Of a DNA stretch of 64,000 bases, positions 56,963-64,000 are shown piece by piece. Source of the stretch: Pyrinomonadaceae bacterium (GTDB taxonomy: Bacteria > Acidobacteriota > Blastocatellia > Pyrinomonadales > Pyrinomonadaceae). Below the pieces are notes generated by a model, which saw only the letters and a list, made by a program, of their open reading frames with translations, did no database searches and was not told the DNA's origin. Each line of letters begins with the position of its first letter. The first letter of the stretch is position 1. The position numbers were made by a program, and so were the translations under genes. The stretch is from contig JBBKXN010000050.1 of assembly GCA_037969475.1 (NCBI GenBank), positions 35,409-99,408 of the forward strand, given 5' to 3'.

Positions 56963-57448
56963 CTAACCCTGGAATTTTAGTAAAAACTTTTCGATCTGCC
57001 TTCGATGCCGCAATACGTGAACAATTGCATGCTCCATCAATTGGTCAATGTTGTATCGTACACCCCAGCGGGTTTTGAAATAAACATTCTCCATTTGCTC
57101 ATCGGTGATCGATGTCCTTGCCTCAAAAAGCTCATTCGAATAAGCCATCATTTTATCAATCTCGGTAAATATTTCATTCTGTAGAATTTTCTCGTCGGCA
57201 ATCGGCAATGACACCAAGGACAAAGCATCACGAATATAGTTGGAATAGCCGTAACCGGCGCGGACGACATGATTCGTGATTACTTCAATCGAATGACAAT
57301 GTTCGCTTTCGCCTTCGACAATTCGTTTGTAATCTTCCGCATCGATATTTTTCAAAACGGATTTGAAATTAGATATCGCACGTTCGTATTCGTCCAAAAT
57401 AGAACCAATTGCTCCCGGACGATAATCTTCTAGAGTCTTGTCTAACAA
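56963..57448 (-). CDS. DinB-fold protein, paralog B
   Basis: Shares LEDYRPGAIGSILDEYERA, HCHSIEVITNHVV and the C-terminal MEHAIVHVLRHRRQIEKFLL with its neighbour. The His-rich four-helix-bundle pattern fits the DinB/YfiT superfamily. Confidence 0.65.
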   Translation of the reverse strand: MLDKTLEDYRPGAIGSILDEYERAISNFKSVLKNIDAEDYKRIVEGESEHCHSIEVITNHVVRAGYGYSNYIRDALSLVSLPIADEKILQNEIFTEIDKMMAYSNELFEARTSITDEQMENVYFKTRWGVRYNIDQLMEHAIVHVLRHRRQIEKFLLKFQG

Positions 57449-57459
57449 ATGATTTCTCC

Positions 57460-57984
57460 CTAAACTTGCAGTAAAAACTTTTCAATTTGTCTTCGGTGTC
57501 TTAGGATATGAAGAACTGCGTGTTCGAGTAATTGTTCCAGATTTTCTGAAAAATTTTCCTTTTTCATGATGATAATACTCTCCATTTCGTCATAACTCAG
57601 CTCCCATTTTCCATCGAGCGTTTCAACCGTATAATCAAGCACTTTTTCAATTTCACCGCCTATTTCGGCCTTTTGAATTTGCCTTCGCTCATCGCCCAAC
57701 GGTTCGTGCGGAATTGAAAATTGCCGACGCATTCCGTTGGCATAACCGTAACCGGAATAAATGACGTGATTCATGATTGTCTGCATCGAATGACAATCAG
57801 AATCTTCGGTATCAGGGTCAATTATTTTTACATAATCATCTTCGCTAACATTTTCGAGTAATGATTTAAGTTCAAAAGCCGCCCGTTCATATTCGTCCAT
57901 CAACGCACCGACTCCGCCTTTTCGATAATCTTCTAAACTCTTTTTTAACAACAATTTTTTCTCTCCAAATTTCGTATTGTTCAA
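57460..57984 (-). CDS. DinB-fold protein, paralog A
   Basis: LEDYRKGGVGALMDEYERA, CHSMQTIMNHVI and LEHAVLHILRHRRQIEKFLL. A clear tandem paralog of 56963..57448. Confidence 0.65.
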   Translation of the reverse strand: MNNTKFGEKKLLLKKSLEDYRKGGVGALMDEYERAAFELKSLLENVSEDDYVKIIDPDTEDSDCHSMQTIMNHVIYSGYGYANGMRRQFSIPHEPLGDERRQIQKAEIGGEIEKVLDYTVETLDGKWELSYDEMESIIIMKKENFSENLEQLLEHAVLHILRHRRQIEKFLLQV

Positions 57985-58028
57985 CGCAGAGAACGCAGCG
58001 GAAAATTTTTCAAAAAAACCTCTGCGTT
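57983..58028. repeat. Intergenic phased-repeat / inverted-repeat element (AACGCAG core)
   Basis: AACGCAGAG and AACGCAGCG are tandem (57983-58000, 9-nt period). A 19-nt A/T-rich spacer follows, then the inverted CTCTGCGTT (58020-58028). Confidence 0.55.
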
Positions 58029-58035
58029 AAAATCT

Positions 58036-59226
58036 TTAACAACAATCGCCACCAACTCCGCAATTTTCACCCGCCTCGGTTACGTCATGCTCCAAACCTT
58101 TTGTTTCTCTCGGATTACGTTTCGCCGTTCGTTTACAATCGAATTCTGTTGCGTCTTCCAAAGTAATCTTTTCCATCGGCTCGACTGCTACGATTTGCGA
58201 TGCGTAAGGTTCTTGGCGATAAATCTGAAAAGTCTTATCGCAAACTGCCATTCTAGCGCCGCGCTCCAAAATATGCCCGTCATCGTCAAGCACTTTTTTC
58301 CACGGTCCCTTGTAAATTACGGCTTGATTGCGTTCGAAGCATTCGCCTTGCTTCCCTTTGTAAGCAACGACTGTAAACGAACGAAACTCGATTCCTTCAA
58401 CAGTTTGCCATGGCATTTCATCACGTGCAGCGATTTCCATTCCGTAGAATCCTGCTTTTTCAAACGCTTCTAAAAACAAGTCTTCACGGAAAGCTCCCGA
58501 AATACAGCCGCTCCAAAGTGTTGGATCATCTTGCAGGTTTTGCGGCACGTCTTCATCCGAAACAATGTCAGAAATGGCTACTCGCCCGCCGCGTTTTAGC
58601 ACGCGGAATATCTCTTCAAACATCTGCTCCTTAAATTCAGGTTTAACCAAATTCAACACGCAGTTTGATAAGATCACATCAATCGAATCATCAGCAACAA
58701 GCGGTTTCTCGATCTTTATCCTCTGAACAAAGGATTCGTAATTTGCAAAATCTTGCGTTGAATTGATCGGATTTTCTTTTAGATATTCATTAACAAGTTT
58801 CAAATCAGTTCGTAAGTCCTGGATCTTTCCGTATCGGAATTCGACGTTAGCGAAACCGATCTTTTCCGCCAATTCATTTCGATACTTGTTAGCTAACGCT
58901 AGCATTTCGGCATTTGTATCAATTCCGATTACAGCGCCGCTCTCGCCAACGATTTGTGAAGCAATGTAGCATATTTTCCCGCCGCCGGATCCAAGGTCCA
59001 AAACCGTATCGCCGCTTCTTACAAAAGCCGATGGATCGCCGCAACCATAATCACGCTCAATGATTTCGTCGGGCAAAATTTTCAAAAATTGCGGATCGTA
59101 TTCGACAGGACAACAAAGTGCCGGCTCAACAGCATTGGCTGCTTCGCCATATCTTTCGCGGACGGCAGATTCTACATCTAGGTCAAAAGGCATAGTTCGT
59201 TTATTATCTCCTAAAAGTCTTGTCAC
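58036..59226 (-). CDS. arsM: Arsenite S-adenosylmethionine methyltransferase-like protein
   Basis: SAM motif VLDLGSGGGKICY. All four Cys contexts typical of ArsM are present by eye: PALCCPV, DYGCGDP, LSNCVLNLV and WSGCISGAF. An extra C-terminal domain ends in GGDCC. Confidence 0.75.
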   Translation of the reverse strand: MTRLLGDNKRTMPFDLDVESAVRERYGEAANAVEPALCCPVEYDPQFLKILPDEIIERDYGCGDPSAFVRSGDTVLDLGSGGGKICYIASQIVGESGAVIGIDTNAEMLALANKYRNELAEKIGFANVEFRYGKIQDLRTDLKLVNEYLKENPINSTQDFANYESFVQRIKIEKPLVADDSIDVILSNCVLNLVKPEFKEQMFEEIFRVLKRGGRVAISDIVSDEDVPQNLQDDPTLWSGCISGAFREDLFLEAFEKAGFYGMEIAARDEMPWQTVEGIEFRSFTVVAYKGKQGECFERNQAVIYKGPWKKVLDDDGHILERGARMAVCDKTFQIYRQEPYASQIVAVEPMEKITLEDATEFDCKRTAKRNPRETKGLEHDVTEAGENCGVGGDCC

Positions 59227-59339
59227 AAAGACCGCAAAATTCCGATCAGTTAGAATGCGTTTTCGTTTATGCGATGGAAGGGGAATATACGACCTTGTGA
59301 TTATCTTATAAATATCAATTTTGATTGACTTTATTCCGA

Positions 59340-59990
59340 ATGAAAAGTGCGATTATTATAATGGTGAAATTTCCTTTACCCGGAACGGTAAAAACCCGTC
59401 TTCAGCCAGATCTAAATCCAGAGAAGTGCGCGGAATTGGCCAGATGCTTTTTGATAGATACGGAAACCAAAGTGAAAAATTCCAAATGCAAGACAATCAT
59501 TGCATTTTCGCCCGGCAATAAAAAAGAGAAATTGCAGGAGATGCTGACCCACCAGCACGATTTCATTGAACAAATGGGCAATGATTTGGGCGCGAAAATG
59601 TCCAATGCTTTTGCATACGGTTTCCGAAAGGGCTTTGACCGACTTGTAATGATCGGTACAGATAGCCCGACATTTCCCTATCAATATTTAGACGAGGCCC
59701 TTGAGATGCTATCGGAGGCAGATTCGGTCTTAGGCGAAACGGAAGACGGCGGTTTTTATTTGATCGGATTATCGAAGGCGTCCATGGGATTTTTAAACGG
59801 CGTAGATTGGAGCACTGATAGGACGTTTGAGCAAACTGCAGGAAATATCAAGGCGTCCGGAATGAGTCTAGAACTTCTGCCCATTTGGTACGATGTGGAT
59901 CTTCCAAAAGATTTTGAGCGGCTTCGACAAGAATTGATGATCGCACCCAATCGGGCGACGGAAACCGCAGAATGGCTAAAGAAAATCTAA
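59340..59990 (+). CDS. DUF2064 / TIGR04282-type (arsenosugar biosynthesis-associated) glycosyltransferase-like protein
   Basis: ATG 59340 gives MKSAIIIMVKFPLPGTVKTRL, the characteristic DUF2064 N-terminus. Also has VMIGTDSP and GGFYLIG motifs. Confidence 0.7.
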   Translation: MKSAIIIMVKFPLPGTVKTRLQPDLNPEKCAELARCFLIDTETKVKNSKCKTIIAFSPGNKKEKLQEMLTHQHDFIEQMGNDLGAKMSNAFAYGFRKGFDRLVMIGTDSPTFPYQYLDEALEMLSEADSVLGETEDGGFYLIGLSKASMGFLNGVDWSTDRTFEQTAGNIKASGMSLELLPIWYDVDLPKDFERLRQELMIAPNRATETAEWLKKI

Positions 59991-60075
59991 ACTGATAAAA
60001 TTGCCGCTGCATTCTAGAATCGATCAGTTCAGAATGTTAATACTTAATGTGACCGATAATTTGATTCCAATTGTA

Positions 60076-61413
60076 ATGAAATTCGGCGGCACTTCGGTGG
60101 CAGATGCCGGGGCGTTTCTGCGTGTCGCTAAAATCGTTTCCAGTCAAAAAGACGAGCTTCCCATTGTTGTAACTTCTGCAATGGCGAAAGTCACGGATGC
60201 TTTATTGAATGCATTTGAGGTCGCAAAAAGAGGGGAATCGGGGGAAGGATTTTCGTCGCTGGAAGAACATTTTCTACGCCATAAGGCAGTCGCCGAGCAG
60301 CTACTCGATAACCCGCGATTAGTTGCATTTCTCGCCGAATTAGATTTAGCGAAAGAGGAATTATCGGGTTTATTGCTCCGAGTTGAACGCCGGAGTTTGC
60401 CATTGCAAATGCTAAAGGATGCCATTGTTTCCTACGGCGAACAGCTCTCATCCCGTCTCCTCGCAGAAGTCTGCAAAGCAAATGGCTTAAACGCCCGTCA
60501 AATTGACGCAAGGCGGTTGATCGTAACCGATGATGAATACGGCTCGGCAAAACCGATCTGGGATGAGACGGAGAAGTTTATTAAGCTTGAATTAAATTCT
60601 ATTCTAGAAACGCGAGAAATTCCGATCATGGGCGGTTTTATCGCGGCAAATCGTAGCGGCGAAACGACGACCTTGGGGCGTGGGGGTTCGGATTATTCGG
60701 CTGCCCTTGTCGGAGCGGCTTTGCGCGCAAAGGAAATCCAGATTTGGACAGATGTTACAGGTGTTTTGACGTGTGATCCCCGAATTTGTTCTGATGCCCG
60801 AACGATCGATGTTTTGTCTTACAATGAAGCGGCCGAGCTTGCCTATTTCGGTGCGAAAGTTTTGCATCCGAAAACGATCCAGCCCGCCGTTGATTACGGT
60901 ATCCCGGTCCGTGTCTGTAATTCGCACCATCCAGAAGAAAAGGGCACAATGGTCCTCGCGAATAGCGGTGTTTCAGCTAATAGAATTAAATCTATCGCCC
61001 ACAAAAGCGGCATTACGATCCTTCGAATATCATCGGCAAGAATGCTCGGAAGTTACGGTTTTATGTCGGCGCTTTTCCAGGTATTTGAACGATTCCGAAC
61101 GGTAATTGACGTTATCTCAACCTCAGAAGTTTCAGTTGCTCTTACGCTCGACAATACCGATTCGCTTGAAAAGATAGTCACCGAGCTCGAACGTTTAGGC
61201 GATGTAGAAGTAGAGCAAGGTTATGCGGTGGTCTGTATCGTTGGCGAGGGTTTGCGCGCTTCGTCAGGGCTCGCGTCAAAAATCTTCTCAACCATTGAGG
61301 AAATCAACATTTCGCTGATCTCACACGGCGCTTCAAGCGTAAATATGACGTTTGTTGTTAAGGAAGAAAAACTGAAAGAAGTAATTACCCGTCTCCATAG
61401 CGAGTTTTTTTAG
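60076..61413 (+). CDS. lysC: Aspartate kinase
   Basis: MKFGGTSV start (ATG 60076, preferred over track start 60001), TLGRGGSDYSA and EAAELAYFGAKVLHP. Two ACT-like C-terminal repeats. Confidence 0.9.
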   Translation: MKFGGTSVADAGAFLRVAKIVSSQKDELPIVVTSAMAKVTDALLNAFEVAKRGESGEGFSSLEEHFLRHKAVAEQLLDNPRLVAFLAELDLAKEELSGLLLRVERRSLPLQMLKDAIVSYGEQLSSRLLAEVCKANGLNARQIDARRLIVTDDEYGSAKPIWDETEKFIKLELNSILETREIPIMGGFIAANRSGETTTLGRGGSDYSAALVGAALRAKEIQIWTDVTGVLTCDPRICSDARTIDVLSYNEAAELAYFGAKVLHPKTIQPAVDYGIPVRVCNSHHPEEKGTMVLANSGVSANRIKSIAHKSGITILRISSARMLGSYGFMSALFQVFERFRTVIDVISTSEVSVALTLDNTDSLEKIVTELERLGDVEVEQGYAVVCIVGEGLRASSGLASKIFSTIEEINISLISHGASSVNMTFVVKEEKLKEVITRLHSEFF

Positions 61414-62816
61414 GTTAACTTTCGCCCGAACAGATAGACCTTTGCCTCTTCCAAAGCTTCAATTACTCTTTCTTCCGAAGTTCCACCGGCAGCATTTTTT
61501 GTTTTTAGCGTCTGGTTCAAAGACAAAGCATCGAAAACATCTTCTCTGATCTGGTCCGAGAAATTTTGCATATCGTGCAAATTCATTTCATCAAGTTCTA
61601 AGCCGAGTTCGATCGCACGAAGCACAATCTTGCCGGCTATTTCGTGTGCGGAGCGAAATGATACGCCTTGACGGGCGAGATAATCAGCAAGCTCGGTGGC
61701 GTTGAGATAGCCCTTTGAGGCGGCTTCGCGGGTTTTGTCTTTGTTTATACTGAGATTGTTTAAAACGATCGAAGAAATTTCAAGACAATCGTAGACCGAA
61801 ACGAAAGCGTCAAAAACCGCTTCCTTATCCTCCTGCATATCTTTGTTGTAAGCGAGCGGCAAACTTTTTAACATTGCCAGAAGGCTCACCAGATCCCCGA
61901 AAACTCTTGCTGATTTTCCGCGGACGAGTTCCATCGAATCGGGATTTTTCTTTTGAGGCATAAGGCTCGAGCCGGTTGCGACGGCATCGGAGAGATTGAA
62001 AAAGCCAAATTCCTTTGTTGAGTAAAGGATAATGTCTTCAGCGAGCCTTGAAAGATGAGTCATTATCAAAGCTGCTGTGTAAACAAAATCAACGCAAAAA
62101 TCGCGGTCAGAAACGGCGTCCAAACTGTTTCGCGAAATTTCCGAAAATCCCAGATATTCCGCAACTGACGCGCGGTCAATAGGATACGACGTTCCCGCAA
62201 GAGCCGCCGACCCGAGCGGCATTACATTGACCCGGACGCGAATTTCCATCAATCTTTGTGCATCACGCCGGAGCATCTCGAAATATGCAAGACACCAATG
62301 CGGAAAAAGTATCGGTTGAGCCCGTTGCAAATGGGTATAACCGGGAATGATAACGTCAAGATTGTTTTCAGCCAGTTTGATCAGATCGGTTTGGAGGTTT
62401 TTTATAACATCGCTTGTTTCATCAATTGCTTCGCGCATCCAAATGCGCAAAGCGGTTGCAACCTGATCGTTGCGGCTTCGTCCCATATGAAGTTTTCTAC
62501 CCGTATCGCCGATTATTTCTATAAGATTGCTTTCGATAAATGAGTGAATATCTTCGGCCGAATCATCCACGAAAAAGTCTTCGTCGGAGCGGGATTTTTC
62601 CAGGAGCATATTTAAACCGTCCTGAATTTGCATTGACTCTTTGCTGCTCAAAGCCTTTGCCTTTTCCAAGCCACGGCAATGCCCCAGGCATCCTTTGATA
62701 TCGGCGTCAAAAAGGCGTTTATCAAAATCAAACGAACGATTGAATTTAAAAAACTTCTCGTTAGCTCTAGCTTTGAACCGTCCGCCCCACAAATTCTTCT
62801 TCTCACTCATTGACAA
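61410..62816 (-). CDS. argH: Argininosuccinate lyase
   Basis: LWGGRF N-terminus, TGYTHLQRAQP-like (PGYTHLQRAQP) and the fumarate-lyase signature GSSLMPQKKNPD. Confidence 0.95.
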   Translation of the reverse strand: MSMSEKKNLWGGRFKARANEKFFKFNRSFDFDKRLFDADIKGCLGHCRGLEKAKALSSKESMQIQDGLNMLLEKSRSDEDFFVDDSAEDIHSFIESNLIEIIGDTGRKLHMGRSRNDQVATALRIWMREAIDETSDVIKNLQTDLIKLAENNLDVIIPGYTHLQRAQPILFPHWCLAYFEMLRRDAQRLMEIRVRVNVMPLGSAALAGTSYPIDRASVAEYLGFSEISRNSLDAVSDRDFCVDFVYTAALIMTHLSRLAEDIILYSTKEFGFFNLSDAVATGSSLMPQKKNPDSMELVRGKSARVFGDLVSLLAMLKSLPLAYNKDMQEDKEAVFDAFVSVYDCLEISSIVLNNLSINKDKTREAASKGYLNATELADYLARQGVSFRSAHEIAGKIVLRAIELGLELDEMNLHDMQNFSDQIREDVFDALSLNQTLKTKNAAGGTSEERVIEALEEAKVYLFGRKLT

Positions 62817-62899
62817 TTTACAACTTTTTCTCTAGATTATGCGTCTATGCATTAGATATGCAATCACACCGCATATTTATTATATAGTTGCAAATTGGG

Positions 62900-63319
62900 A
62901 TGAAAAAATCAAAACGACAACAAAAGATTCTCGATCTAATCACGGCAACAAATATTACTACGCAGGAGGATCTCAATGATTTGCTGGAGAAAGCAAATAT
63001 TTACGTTAACCAGTCAAGCGTTTCGCGTGATCTGGATGAGCTTGGAATCGTAAAGATAAACGGATTGTATTCACAACCGCAAATGAAGAAGGATCTGAAT
63101 TCATTCGGGCTTCTTGGATTGGATTCGGCGGGAGAGATTTTGGTCGTGGCGAAATGTGAACCGGGTTTGGCGTCGGCAGTTGCGGTTTTAATTGATCGTG
63201 CGAAAATTCCCGAAATTGTCGGTACGATCGCGGGCGACGATACAATCTTTGTTGCTGTTAAAGACAAGAATCATCAGAAATCGGTTGTAAAAAAAGTTTG
63301 GGAAATTTTTGAAAAATAA
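62900..63319 (+). CDS. argR: Arginine repressor
   Basis: MKKSKRQQKILDLI...TQEDLNDLL...VNQSSVSRDLDELG winged HTH, with the C-terminal GTIAGDDTIFV oligomerisation/arginine-binding motif. ATG 62900 is preferred over TTG 62888. Confidence 0.85.
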   Translation: MKKSKRQQKILDLITATNITTQEDLNDLLEKANIYVNQSSVSRDLDELGIVKINGLYSQPQMKKDLNSFGLLGLDSAGEILVVAKCEPGLASAVAVLIDRAKIPEIVGTIAGDDTIFVAVKDKNHQKSVVKKVWEIFEK

Positions 63320-63346
63320 TACTTGCCAAAGAGGAGGAAGAAATTT

Positions 63347-63451
63347 AACCACCGATGAACACGGATAAACACAGATATTTTTTAATTTTTTGTTATTTAT
63401 TTCTGCTATCTTTTTATTCCTATCGGTGTCCATCTGTGTGTATCTGTGGTT
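63347..63451. repeat. Intergenic element: three 10-nt phased repeats (ACACnGAT core), AT-rich spacer, three inverted copies
   Basis: Left arm AACCACCGAT GAACACGGAT AAACACAGATA (63347-63377). Right arm TATCGGTGTC CATCTGTGTG TATCTGTGGTT (63421-63451). The mismatches between arms fall at the variable positions of the decamer. Confidence 0.65.
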
Positions 63452-63511
63452 AAACATTTTCTTATTTTCACGCATTTTCACGTATTTTTGCGGGCAAAAA
63501 AATCTTAAATA

Positions 63512-64000
63512 ATGGAAAAGAAAATTACCAAAATTGTATTGGCATATTCCGGCGGCCTCGACACTTCGGCGATGCTTTTGTGGCTAAAGGAAACTTACGA
63601 TTGCGAAGTTATTTGCTATACGGCGGATGTCGGGCAAGGCGAAGAATTAGACGGTCTGGAAGAAAAGGCCTTGAAAACAGGTGCTTCGAAACTTTACGTC
63701 GAAGATCTTCGGGAGGAATTTGTCAATGATTTTGTCTGGACTGCCGTCAAAGCAAACGCTTTGTATGAAGGTGTTTACCTGCTCGGGACTTCGCTGGCAC
63801 GTCCCGTAATCGCCAAGCGTCAGATCGAAATTGCCCAAAAAGAAGGTGCCGACGCGGTCGCTCATGGGGCAACTGGAAAAGGCAACGATCAGGTGCGTTT
63901 TGAACTGACATATTATGCACTCCAACCTGACATTAGGGTCGTTGCACCTTGGCGGCATTGGGAATTCAAAGGTCGCGCCGATTTGATTGCCTATTGTAAA
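63512..64000 (+). CDS. argG: Argininosuccinate synthase, 3'-truncated by the window edge
   Basis: ATG 63512 gives [27 protein letters not shown] (PP-loop AYSGGLDTS). The frame is open to nt 64000. It is absent from the ORF track because no stop lies within the window. Confidence 0.9.
   Translation, partial: MEKKITKIVLAYSGGLDTSAMLLWLKETYDCEVICYTADVGQGEELDGLEEKALKTGASKLYVEDLREEFVNDFVWTAVKANALYEGVYLLGTSLARPVIAKRQIEIAQKEGADAVAHGATGKGNDQVRFELTYYALQPDIRVVAPWRHWEFKGRADLIAYCK

Noticed and set aside
59991-60075. Lysine (L-box) riboswitch upstream of lysC
   Set aside because: Only about 85 nt are available between the upstream stop and the MKFGGTSV start. That is far too short for an L-box, and no conserved helices were seen.
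63188-63481. 97-aa minus-strand ORF (…NHRYTQMDTDRNKK…ICVYPCSSVV…) between argR and argG
   Set aside because: It is read through the decamer inverted-repeat element and overlaps the argR 3' end. The peptide is a translation artefact of the repeat.
63347-63493. Possible CRISPR array, given the regularly spaced short repeats
   Set aside because: The units are only 9-10 nt and directly abut one another without spacers. Copies are inverted and no cas genes are present.

Overview
This is a densely coding bacterial chromosomal window with about 60 genes and one tRNA. I saw no rRNA, CRISPR array, transposase, integrase or prophage genes. The gene content resembles soil Acidobacteriota-type genomes (carboxypeptidase-regulatory-domain outer-membrane protein, Ser/Thr kinase with TPR repeats, sigma-54 machinery, large EPS locus), but that is inference only. 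Layout: (i) nt 1-22.8k holds a Wzx/Wzy-type exopolysaccharide or O-antigen-like locus. It contains a Wzy_C-family protein whose frame is open to the window edge, 2 GT2, a Wzx flippase, 3 GT4/GT1, and one GT-C membrane transferase on the opposite strand. It also has a SAM methyltransferase, an unknown protein translationally coupled to a heparinase II/III-like protein, DUF218 and a membrane-anchored beta-helix protein. Notably it has three intact AsnB-type amidotransferase paralogs. (ii) nt 22.8-55.5k holds housekeeping and signalling genes. These include a Ser/Thr kinase, carA, lepB, an ECF sigma factor, a PilZ protein, PPK2, an HK/NtrC-type two-component pair, acpS, pgeF, rlmN, an M14 peptidase, gltX, tRNA-Ser(GCU) and a large multi-TM histidine kinase with a PDZ-like loop. 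(iii) nt 55.5-60k holds an arsenosugar-type cluster: radical-SAM ArsS-like, AhpD-like CxxC protein, ArsM-like methyltransferase and a DUF2064/TIGR04282-type transferase, interrupted by two tandem DinB-fold paralogs. (iv) nt 60-64k holds lysC, argH, argR and a 3'-truncated argG. The most unusual items are listed here:
- a tandem pair of zinc-ribbon proteins carrying a ribosomal L7/L12 C-terminal-domain-like motif (39.1-40.2k)
- the triple-AsnB polysaccharide locus
- the DinB-expanded arsenosugar cluster
- a near-consensus sigma-54 type promoter in front of the ECF sigma gene
- a set of intergenic elements built from 9-10 nt phased direct repeats plus inverted copies
All functional calls come from motif recognition by eye on the supplied translations. 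No database search was run.
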